The notes under the pieces: generated by a model
Databases searched by the model: none
What the model was told of the DNA's origin: nothing
What the model saw: only the letters and a program-made list of their open reading frames with translations
Made by a program: the position numbers and the translations under genes
Shown here: one piece after another, positions 41,801 through 53,800 of the stretch
Position numbering within the stretch: the first letter of the stretch is position 1
How the letters are laid out: every line of letters begins with the position of its first letter
Assembly: GCA_976226885.1 (NCBI GenBank)
Contig: OZ320313.1
Coordinates: 156,240,001-156,304,000, forward strand
Source: Iphione sp. A-MEVVRFRX5
Lineage: Eukaryota
DNA: 64,000 bases
Reading direction: 5' to 3'

Positions 41801-44800
41801 AGCGGACGTAATGAGACTATCCTGTAAAAATGTAGGCATATGAATTTTTTAGATTTGTGTTTTTGTATTTGTAGCCTTGTACGCTTTAGGTATCGCGACA
41901 CAAAGTTAAATAATTAAGATTTCACCGTACGACACTAACATCGTGTTTGTTGCACTCCAGTGTTCGACTCCCCGCGATTGGGTAGGCAGCCGGAGATATA
42001 TGGTCAGGTCATCATCGAGCCCAATGACAATCCGGCTGGCGTCCTACAGTTGTCTGCCGAGCAGCTCAGCATCAGTGAAGACTTCGCCGGAGCTGTCCTT
42101 TATGTGAATCGCTCGGCGGGCACATTTGGCCAGGTAAGGCTTGGGTCGCAGTGGCTACTTGCATGTAAATACAAAAATATCTTTATTCCCTTAGCTTATT
42201 GGTCATATATATGTCAAATCTTGCATGCAATTTTCATTTTTGTTCAAAGAAAGTTTTCTTTCAGTGAAAAACATTTATATACACACTTAAACGTTTGCCA
42301 TGAACTGCATGGACTCTCTTCCTGGGCGGCACACAAAATAGTGTAAACTCCTCTTTTCTTAGACTCAGATGGGAGGATATATGGATGAACAATTTCACGC
42401 ATTTACAGTCAGTTCCGTTTTTTCTGGGATAATGTCACAGGTCACGGTTAAATTTGAGGTGGTTCAGGGCTCGGCCACCTATGGCCTTGACTACAGCATC
42501 ACGTCCACGGACGTCGTGCTAGACAGGGGTGAGCAGGCTAAGCGCCTTCCCGTCGAGATCATCAACGATCGAATTCCGGAGCTGGAAGAGTCCTTCTCGG
42601 TCAGACTTCTCGACCAGATCACAGGGGGCGCCGTGCTAGGGGCGATCCGCGAAGCGGTGGTAATAATCACTGCTTCCGACGATCCCTTCGGTGCTTTCGG
42701 TAGGTCGATAATCATATCGGTTCCGCAATGAGATTGTAGCAAACATTACCGTCTGATTATTGTTGAGTTAACTCGGCTTTAAAGCGAGCTTGGCTGCCTA
42801 ACGTTACGCTATAGGATGATGAGATCCCATCGATTAATGTTCTTTTGACGTGAAGACCAGACTTTGTCAATTAAGTATAATTGTTTCAGGATGATCACCA
42901 TTTCGAAAATTTCTCGTAAATTGTATGCTTGAATGATGAATCGATCTTCGGAAATCAAATAAGGAAGGGACTTCCAGAAGTTATAAGCGTATCAACTTTA
43001 CATCATTCAACAATGGAAAGCCCGCCCCCCTAAGTGTACTGGTGATGTATTGCTTGACAAATATCCCTTCATGCAGCGTTCGAGGAGAGCCAGCGTAGTG
43101 TGGAGGAGCCTCCAGATGGCGGTAGGGTGGTCGTGTCACTTCCGGTGGTGAGGCGGGGTGGAACAGTTGGTGTAATTGCCGTCCAATGGCAGGCCACACT
43201 GGATGGTAAGAACCGGCGCCAGGTGGAGCCAATCCTTCTTAGACTTGAAAACAACATGGTATAAAGGTCACCTCTATACCGGTCACTGCTATACACTGAA
43301 ATTGTTTTGTGCAAGCCGTAGTTTTGGGTACACCGTAGAGGGCGATCAAGCCATATAAAATTGATTTTTAAAACCCACAAGAATTAACGCACCTAGCCAA
43401 ATTTTCCTCCAATTTCTGACCGCCATATCGCTACTAAGAGCAAAGTTTCCGTCCCCTCTACTACCCGTTTGTAGGTGTGGAGCCGACCGGCGACATCACA
43501 CCGACGTCAGGTACCGTCTTCTTCGTGAGTAACGACGCCAGACAGAACGTCACCGTCACTGTCAACCCAGACACGGACCCTGAGGGCTTGGAGGTCAGTG
43601 GGAGGGGAGGGGCGGATACAGGTTTGGTGACCCCCTTGGATGACCGATAACTCTAATTCATGCCCATCACGGACATTTTAGCGGCCGCTGATGCAATGTG
43701 TGTCCCGAGTGCTGTGTACAGAGATTTACCATAAGATGTGCAGCAAATTACTATGTATGACAGACACGCATCCAATTTTAGATCCTTTTCTTTGTATAGC
43801 CACCGGTAAATATTGCAAGTTTGGCGGATGGCCTTCATTGACAAGGCCAAATTACGTGCGTATAAAATGATTCATTCAAGTACGTCTCTGTTTCCCCACA
43901 GAGAATTGTCTTCACGCTTCTGGAAGCCACTAATGGCGGCCGTATTGACCAGGGTCGGCACCAGGCGGTGCTGACAGTATTACCAAATGACAACCCGCAT
44001 GGCATGCTGGAGTTTGAGGTGGACAATTTTATTGTCCAGGAGAGCGACGTTGACGCACCGCAATATATTGAAGTGTCCCGAGTGTAAGTAATAAAGATAC
44101 TTGCCCTTTTTATGACAAAGACTGTACGTGACTACCAAATTTCCACTTTCTTGTTCTGTAATGGTGCTGCAAGGCGATACTTCTCTGTTCCCATATTGTT
44201 CATTTCACTCGTATTTCCCTATAAGCGCCCCTTTAAGAAAGGCATGGCGCTGATAAAAGATATGAAAGCCAGTTTATATTTCCCCAAGGCCACTGTCTTT
44301 GTCCCATGCTGTTTATCTGCGTTTTCGTTCGGTGTGTTGCTTTATATATATATAGTTCTTTGATACCATTCTTCCGAATTCTCTCGATCTTTCACATTTC
44401 CATTGCGGCGGAAATAACCATTTTATGTAAAAAAAATATCTAGTTGCATTTTTGAGTGTATTTCCTATCTTTTTTTGGAGCAGGGGTGGTACCTACGGAG
44501 AAGTGCGTGTATTCTACGAGACGTCTGACCTTGACCTTTTGACCCTTGCGCTGAAGGAGGGTCGTACCGTCTTCTCCTACTACTTCGCACCCATTTCGGG
44601 CAAGCTGGAACTTCCGGCAGCAGCCACTCGCTACAACGTTGGGGGACTCTCCAACCCACTCTTGGTCAGTCCAACCAGCCACTTCTCCCTAACCTTCAAG
44701 CGACTGATCTTCAAAAGATGTTCTCAAAATGGAGGAAATAGGTCCTCAAAATAACCCATAAGTACTAGTATAAGTGGCAAAATCCGAAGTCTCAAAGGGT

Positions 44801-47800
44801 GATTCGAATTAAAGAAGCTTTAAAAGATCACAGACATTACCTAAGCATACCCTAATAACACTGCCAGTAATCTACTGTCCTGATAGATGCACAGGGTTTA
44901 AAAGATGGTTGTAGTGAAGGATGTAACAATGTAATCAGAACAATGTAATCAGAACTGGCATCAAAGCTGCTATTTCTTGTCGAAGTGTTTGAACCTGACC
45001 GAGACTGCCGTTTCCCTTTTATTATGCCAGCCACGTAGCAGCAGTATTTCACTGCGTGTACACTAGAAATATGGAGCCTGTGATGCTGGAAATAGGTTGT
45101 CCTTTGTATGCATCGACAGGGAAACGTATTGAATCAGTGGTGTCCGTCATGATAATACCCCTAGTGTGACCATTATGGTTGAATGTAGAAAATGGTCTAA
45201 AAGCTTGGATATTTCTAAACGAATTGCTTGTTAGTAGGGCAAAAAAAGAAATTAGAAATAACAGCGACGTATGTACTCAGGTTGCATGGTAAATAACATG
45301 CCTACAAATATCAATCAAGTCAACATTATCTTCGAATCTATACTCATTTTGCTACTTAAATTCATTATCTTCTTCCAGATGTGTGCCACCTTCTGCTTGA
45401 TGTCAGAGGCGTGCCTTTCCTTTGATTTCAACCCTGCTGGACCGGACTGTAACTGGTACACTGTGTCGGACACCATCTTTCTCACTGATCGTCAAGGCTA
45501 CAGCTACTACCAGACAGACCAAGTCGAGGTGAGCAAGCAGGGAAGAAATGAAATTGTGAAGGAGATTGTGTACGGCTGCGTAATTATTCAATGATATCTA
45601 TCCTAGGACTCTTATCACTGCTTAACGAGCGAGTAAACATAGTAACAAACGTTTGGATTACTCAAATTCCTAGTCGGTTTCCTCCTTGAATAGATCACAC
45701 TAATTTACTGACTAACGCGATCATTTGGTGTTGGCAGGGTTCAACTGAAATTCAATATAGTTGTTAACAATTTTTTTCAGGCACTGCATTTCCCTTGAAT
45801 CACCTCTTTTATGTATTTCCTCTCCACTCACGTGGTTTCATTCGTTTCACGTGTAAATCTTTCATGAATATCACCTCCTCCTTCAGTCATTTTAGCGTTT
45901 ATCCACGAAACGTTTCTGAGCGTAAGTTCGTTTTGTCTTTCAGAAACGCGCACTATTTGCTCGCCGCGCCAGCCCTGGCCTTGACTACGAACCTGTTGCC
46001 GAGTCCAACGTTATCCTCAATGATGGCGTAACGGTCGGTTTGCTTCCAGTGAATATCTTAGCAGACGACATTCCCGAGCTACCAGAGCTGTTCCAAATAC
46101 ACATCACCAGGTAAACAGATGTACATGCGCATCCATTACTCTCAGATATCCATCAGATATCTACACTAACGTCTTTTCTTGGACCTATATTAATGGACTC
46201 AACCTGGAACTTATTTCATATCGGTACACGGGTGTAAATATTCTTGATGGAAGCAGAGGATAACAAGTGGGAGAATCGTAATGCTGGTTGGTCTTAATAT
46301 CTATCTTCTGGAAGCTATACTTGTGATCGTTTAAAAAAATTGCAACTTGAAAAGGCTAGAGAGCTGCTCCTTGTCTACCTCAGGGTCGAGCTGGTCGGCG
46401 GTCCTCCCAGGAATCCTAGTAACCTTCCTAGCCTTGGTAACCGACGGAATGCTACTGTGACGGTGGCGAAGAACGACAATGCGAACGGAATCTTACGCAT
46501 CTATAGCCGGGACCCGCGTGCCACCAACGATGGGAGTATCATAGAGGTTGAAGAGAGGGAAAGACTGGCAGTGGAGCTCATTGTGGAAAGACAAGGTGAG
46601 TATTGCAAGAGTCAGCCACTTTTATCATTGATGCAGACTACTGAGAGGAACGGTTAACAGGGCAACGTCCGGGTCGGCACATACACTTCAGAATGGAGAT
46701 ATGAAGAAAGAAATATGGGGAAACATATTGTAGAACATGAGCTTTCAATTTCTTTATGGAGGGAATCTATCCTCAAGACATACCTTCCAAGTTAGAGTGC
46801 TTTTTGGACGGATTCGAAGTCCTTCAGAAACATTTTTATCAAAACCTCCTGCTAATTCACTAGATGAGTTGACATTTGTTTCCTATACTGTTTCAAGATG
46901 GCACCATAGGAGAAGTTCAGGTCACATGGTACATTAATGCCAGCGTTACGACTGCCACCAGGGGGCAGGACTTTATTGCTGACGGCGCCACCTTGCGGTT
47001 CGAAGCCGGAGATACCCAACGGAGTAAGTGGACACTAATTCTATGAGTCACTTTCAATAGTCAGGACATAATGACCAGGAAATTATGTATACCACGAATG
47101 AAATGTTCTTTATACTGCCTGTCAGGCTGTTTGTGGAGACGTCCTTTTACTACAAAAGTTTCCGAACATTTTCCGTTGTACATAACATATCCTTGCATCT
47201 ATGTGTACACTGGAAAGCCTTTAAAGAGGGCGTTTCGTTCTTTCCCAAAATATCCCTTATTAAGACGTGTTCCAATTGAAAATGTCCTACACACAAATGC
47301 CCCTTGTAGATACAAATCCCGTTTAGAAATGTGTCCATAAGTTCACTGTGTACATATATTTGAATGTTATTTTTGTAATTGAGTGAATAGAGCGTAAAGT
47401 TTACATACGTCTAGACATGAATCATTTTGATTCGGGTGAACATAAATCCTAAGGGAAATGTTTATATCTAAGTAATAAAACCGAATCACCCATACGGTGG
47501 GGGACAAGCTATTCAATGTAGGTCTCGGCACCTGCGCTTAAGCCTAAAGTTGACAGAGCATAAAAATGTTGACAGAGCATAAAAAGAAGTAGAGATTCCC
47601 CTTTAGTCAGACTGGCCGGTGTCAATTCAGTAAGATCCAACTTCACATTGCCAGGAGGCATGACTGTGGTAATGATTAAATCAGCAGATCCTTTGTAGCC
47701 GCCATATTTGCCTCCTTGTACAGCCCTGACCATCGGCATCGAAGACGACGTCATTCCTGAAAATGACGAATTTATCGTGGTGCAGCTGCGCGACCCTCAG

Positions 47801-50800
47801 GGAGGCGCCACCATCGCTGAGGCTAACAGCGCCACTGTCGTCATTCAGGCGAACGACAATGTAGCCGGCAGGCTCTACTTCACCAAGACGTCATATCTAG
47901 TCGAGGAAGGTGGGTGCTTACAGCTAGACAAAAGCGGAGTTAATGGTCACCATAGGCTAGAATAGATTCGGTGACCGACAAATTTTGATTAGTCCTCTGG
48001 AGGTGTGCGCGTCCAGTGGCGAAAGAGTACATGTCTTGATATTCGTACCTTCTGGGTATGAAATCTACGAAATCCTTCTAAACAGTGTTTGTTGAAAGAA
48101 TTTATTTAATGAACCATTTGTGTACGTACATCTAACAACAGTTACAGGAGCATCTCCAAGCATGAAAATCGATGAGGAATCTTATGTAACAAAATCTTTT
48201 TATATGATGGGGGGAAATGTAGAATACATAAAAACCACCAAGGTGATTCTTGTTTGATCTCTGATCCTCTCTTTGCTGTATTGCGACTGACTTTTCATGT
48301 ACCCAGGTTGTAACATACATACCTGCATCTATACATATACATACAAATGCATTGTTACACAGGATTACATGTGTATATGTATTACTTTGTCTGAATTTTA
48401 ATCTTATTTTTCCTGATAAAACCACAACCGATAGCAAAGTGTATATTGCGATTTGACTAATACAAACATATAATTATACCTTACCCCATTGATAAAGGCC
48501 AATTAAGCACGTGGGGCGGTAAATAGTCTGAAGTAGAACTTTATCGGCTATAATTAAGAAAGTGCGTGTCTTCGTGCTGTAGGTGACACATTAATCGTCA
48601 CCGTGGAGAGGTCGGAGCCTGCCCTGGGAGACGTCAGGGTTGACTGGGTTCTCACCACCACGAATAGTCAGCCGCCAGAAATTCGGTTCAACATCATCAA
48701 TGGTTCACTGACCTTCCTCCACGTACGTTGTGTTTACTCATCGGTTAATTTTTGTTATTTTCAAGTTGCAAGTTTGGTCCCTTTGTGTAAACACAATGAA
48801 TATGTAAGAGTTTATAAATATTGTGTTTCTATAAAAAATGTTAAATGTGCCGTATTATTTTTGTATTAATTATCTATGTATTGGAGACAAGATTGTATAT
48901 AAGGACGTTATACAAAACGTAACATCATGGAAATTGTTGTATCCTTTCAAGGGTGAAAATCAAAACGAGGTACGCATCGTCGTCTTGGTGGACAACCAAC
49001 CTAAGATCAACCAGGAGTATGAGCTTACGTTATTCAACGTACGGACGGAAGGTGAGCAGTTTGATCTGTAAGATGAAGTGAGCTGCTCGTAATGCGTACC
49101 CGTGAGAATCCCTCGCCCCTGTAAATCAATCATACATACATCGGTTATCCAGGTGGTCCAGCTTCTGGCATACTTCCCACATGGACCAACCGGGCCTGCT
49201 TTAGGTAGTGGCAGGTCGTGTTAAATGTCTTGTAGTTCTACCAACATATCAGGCTGGTTGAACACCACAAAGGCCTGTACGATAGGCATTATTGTTGCCT
49301 GTTCCCGTTATGTCTTGGCCGCTAAGATTACTTTAACTGCGATTTTTTTCTTCATAAGCGAATTAAAAACGTTTTATTACCTGGCATGTTGGAGAAAAGG
49401 AGCACCTGTTGGTGTAGAAGGTGAGAGAACAATGTTTTCCCACATAAACGTCTTGTTTGCATCAAACCAATGGGAGTTTGAGGCATTATTTGGAAAGGCT
49501 CGTACGTGTATAAGAACAAACAATATTACAATGATTATATATTTATACACCTATATGGGATGCCGGTGTGGCTATGCCAACATTTGGGTCCGGAGGCCAC
49601 TTGTACTTGGTAGAAGGAAAATGAATGTCAGTCTATCTACACCGACCCTCTAGAAAAGATAATCATATTTATACGGAGGTGTTCCTGTTGTCCAGAGAAG
49701 AAGGACACACTATGGGCAAGATGACCTCCAGAGGATTCCGGCTCCTCAAATGGTTCAAATGTCAGTACCGCCTCGGGGTGAGTAGCGGAGGAAGGGCATT
49801 GTTTCGGCACTATGGGAGTAACGGTACTTTATCGCTCTAAGTCTTGGTGTCCATACTTCCAGATCTTCTTCACGTATACTGTATGCAATATTCTTTGGAC
49901 GGGCTAGGAAAAGGCAGAATGATCACTATCGGCTCTAAACTTCTTGGACTGCTTTGCTCCCAGTATGTCCTGTTTTCAGCACAAACCAGTCACATACAGA
50001 TTTGTGTGAAACTGGACTTGGTTGTGTGCTAAGGAATTATTCGATGTAGGTAATCTGGCAGTATAGAAAAACAGATATAGATACCTGTGTACATGTTTTG
50101 TTCATCAGAATTAGACGACCAAGCTTTCCCATTGGCTCCTCATAATATTTGCACCCATGCCTCCAATCGGAAGCATGCTTCTATATGAATCATGTTGGAG
50201 TCGCACATTTTTCATCCATGTAAACTGTTTCAATAACGAATGTGTCCGCCACTCGTACAGGAGTCCGGGACAGTGGCGCCGCCGGTGTCGATCCGCAGAA
50301 CTCAGTCGCCATCGTGACAATAGAGGGCGGTAATGAGCCTCACGGAGTGTTCAGTTTCGCCACAAGTTCGCAGCACCTCCTGGTGTCAGAGGCGATCACT
50401 ACAGCCCAGCTGACTGTCGACCGGAAGTTTGGCGCCATAGGTCTGTCTGCTGGAGTGTAGAGCATAAAAATAGACGTCAATCCAATACATCTCATTGTCG
50501 GTAATGTTGCCGTATAAAAGGCTGTTATGATTTGCTATGTCATCTGTTGATTATGGTCCGAGCTCACAGCATTAAACATTGCTTTCCTCCTCCTTCACTA
50601 AGTATATTCCTTAGGAACTTGCCTCAGTCCACATTACAATATAAACTACATGTATACAGAAATGTTGCTCATCTCTACTCAGGAGCCGTGCGTGTATATT
50701 ACGAGGTACAGACCGGGTCGTTATCTCCCTTGAGTCCTAATCTCCAGGCTGCCATTCCTCTGGCCGACTTCGCGCCTGTGGCGTCTGATTATGTCGTCGT

Positions 50801-53800
50801 CGGCGACGGGGAGAACTCCGGCGTCATTCCGGTGCGCATCTACGACGATGATACTCCGGAAGTCGACGAGGTATTCCTGGTCACCATCACGGGCGTTCTG
50901 CTGGAGGCACTTCCGGAAAGCAACTTCCTACCCAAACTTGGTGTGTGCATGTTCGGTACAAGTTCAGGCTATTATACAGTGGGCTGGGTATAAAAGCTGT
51001 TCAACGAATTTGTGGAATTTCTTGTCCTTAGTGCTATACTTAAAAGAAAGATATGATACTCTTCCAAACAAACGGTCCTCCAGTATTCCCATACTTCAGT
51101 TTCTTTTCAAATTTCCTGTGTTCCCTATTTCTTTTATCTCATGAAACAGTCGAAATACTAACTGGGATGCTCAGCATATACTGTTCGGCTTCGCCGAATT
51201 CAACTGCATCCGTCAGGTTGCGTTCTATGACGCTCAGTGAGATGATGTTTCTTCACATCGCATGCATTTTCTCTATCTCCAGCTGAAACGGGGAATGTGG
51301 CTGAAGTCATTGTTGAAGCAAATGACGGCACCTTCGGGGAGGTTGTATTTTCTGCCCAGTCAGAAAGGTGAGTCTCTGTCAAACTACTTGCATATATATG
51401 TGCATGCGTGTGCAGGCCCGTAGCCAGGAATTTTTGTGGGGGGTATCTTAAATCAGAGAGGTGGAACTCCTGGTTAGACAGGTGGAACTCTTTGTTAGAG
51501 AAGTAAAACTCCTTATTAGAGAGATGGAATTCCTAGTTAAAGAAATACCACCTTATTTGTAACTGAGTACATATCTGCAGTCATCATTTAATACACATAA
51601 TTATACACACAACAGACCAGGGTGAAACTCATGGCCTTTGTGGGGGTATCGGACGATACCCCCAATACCCCCCTGGCTACGGGCCTGCGTGTGTATCCGA
51701 TACATGGGAAGTGAGCTAAATACACCTACGAAAGAACTACAGTTTTGTTTTATGAGTTTTTGTTATACAGTTATCATAACATACATGTACATTGAATGCT
51801 ACATTGTTTGTACATATGTGTGTATGTATAGATATACATAAGTGTAGCTTATAAGAGTGTACAAAAAAAGAAAAATAAGTAGTGTTACTAATGGGTACTA
51901 TTATTCCTTTTCGTTGTCTGATAGGCTATTAAATCTTAAGTCACTATACATTGATTCATGAAACACTAAAATGTGCTCGACTAAAAAATACCCTGCCAGA
52001 GGAGAATTTAGGAACCTATGATATCATCGTAGTAATATTGAGACAATAGATAACGGAACACCTTTCATGTACGCCTTTTCTTCGATTCCACAGAATGTTC
52101 ATCGAAGAAGAAACTATCAACATCACTCTAGCTGTCCTCCGGAACAGGGGGACATTTGGGGATGTCTCAGTCTTCTGCTTCGCCCAGAGCCTGCCAGACG
52201 GCGCCATCAGAGGCCAAGATTTTAACTTTGAACCAAGGGTATTCATGCAATTCTAAGCACATTGTTTGGTTGAGATCATGGAAATAATAGCTCGCGGCTC
52301 ATTTCAACGTAAACCTAATGCAGAAACTGAAAAAAAACATTCCAAAATGTTACATTCAGAGTCTCTGTTCTCGTGAGATAGGACGAATCCTCCATGAAAA
52401 TCACGTAGCCTTGTTTCGTGGTGGTTTGAATATTCATTTGTTGGTCCCTAATCTTGACACGGTATATAACCTTCGTAGGAGATCGCCTTCGCGGCTGGTG
52501 AAACGGTTAAGTACGTGGTGGTAGCGCTCTATGATGACGACGAGCCAGAACCTAACGAGCAGCTCGAGATCATCCTGGCCTCACCGCAAGGGGGCGTTAC
52601 CGTCGGCGCACTGAAAAAAGGTCAGATATTTAGATAATGAAATAAAAAATCAGATACTGTTCATTGTGTTCATAGTTTCCCCATTACACGAATTGACAGA
52701 ACATTGATAAAAATAACTCCCATATACATGGACAGACACATTCACTAACATTATTTTACAACTACTTGACTGTTGTACCGGCTTCATTAATCCGTTGTAC
52801 TCCCTATTCTACGTAGATTTGCTCAGTCCAGAATGAAACTTTTTTATGTAAAAAAAACCCTAACTATTCCCGTACCCTTATTATTGCAGGGATATTTATT
52901 TAGTATTGGGCACTGTAGCAATACTTAGAAGGCGCGCACTCTTTTACGGTCAGTCGGTTTGTCTTTTCATCATCAATGTTTTCTTCTTCGACGCTCAGCA
53001 ACGATCACAATCTTAGCTAGCGACCGAGCGAGCGGCGTCGTCAGCTTCGAATCCAGTGACGTCATTACGCTCAACGAGCCGACGTCACTGAGCGCCGCCA
53101 ACACGCGCGGGGAGCTTCGGTTGACGCGCGCACCCGGCGTCTTCGGCGTCGTCAACGTACCTTACGAGGTGCGCACGCAGGCCGGGTCGGACAACGTGAC
53201 CGACCTGACCCCTATCGGCGGCTATGTGACCTTCAGAGACAGAGAGGTAAAGGAGCAATGATTATAGCTCTTTTAGTTGCTCGTAATCGACGAAATTATC
53301 CATGTGACCGGGCGTATTTTATCGGGGGGAGCTATTCTCCCTTCGTGCCTTTTTAGGAATTAATTAGCGTCTAAAAATCCTCCTAGAATCTCACACCTGT
53401 TTCACATTTCCCGCACAGGGAGTGGTCACACTGGAACTGACGGTGGTCGCCGATGACATCCCAGAAGAAGAGGAAACGTTCATCGTGACCCTCTTTCCAC
53501 CCGACGAGGCGAGCCTCGGTCTCATCACTCAGCGGACGATCGTTATAGAACGAAACGACGCACCCTACGGTTTACTTCAGATCTACCCGGTCGGAACCAG
53601 GTGAGAAATGACTGTTCTTTGGAGATGATAAACCGGATGAGGCCTCCTCAAAATCTACCCTGGTTAGGAAATAGGTGAGAGATGATCTACTCAGTGCGGT
53701 GATAGACTAGGTGTGACCTACTGCAGATCTATCCTGTAGGAACAAGGTGAGAGATGAGCTACTTCTTGAGGTGGTAGACGAGGTGTGGCCTACTGCAGAT

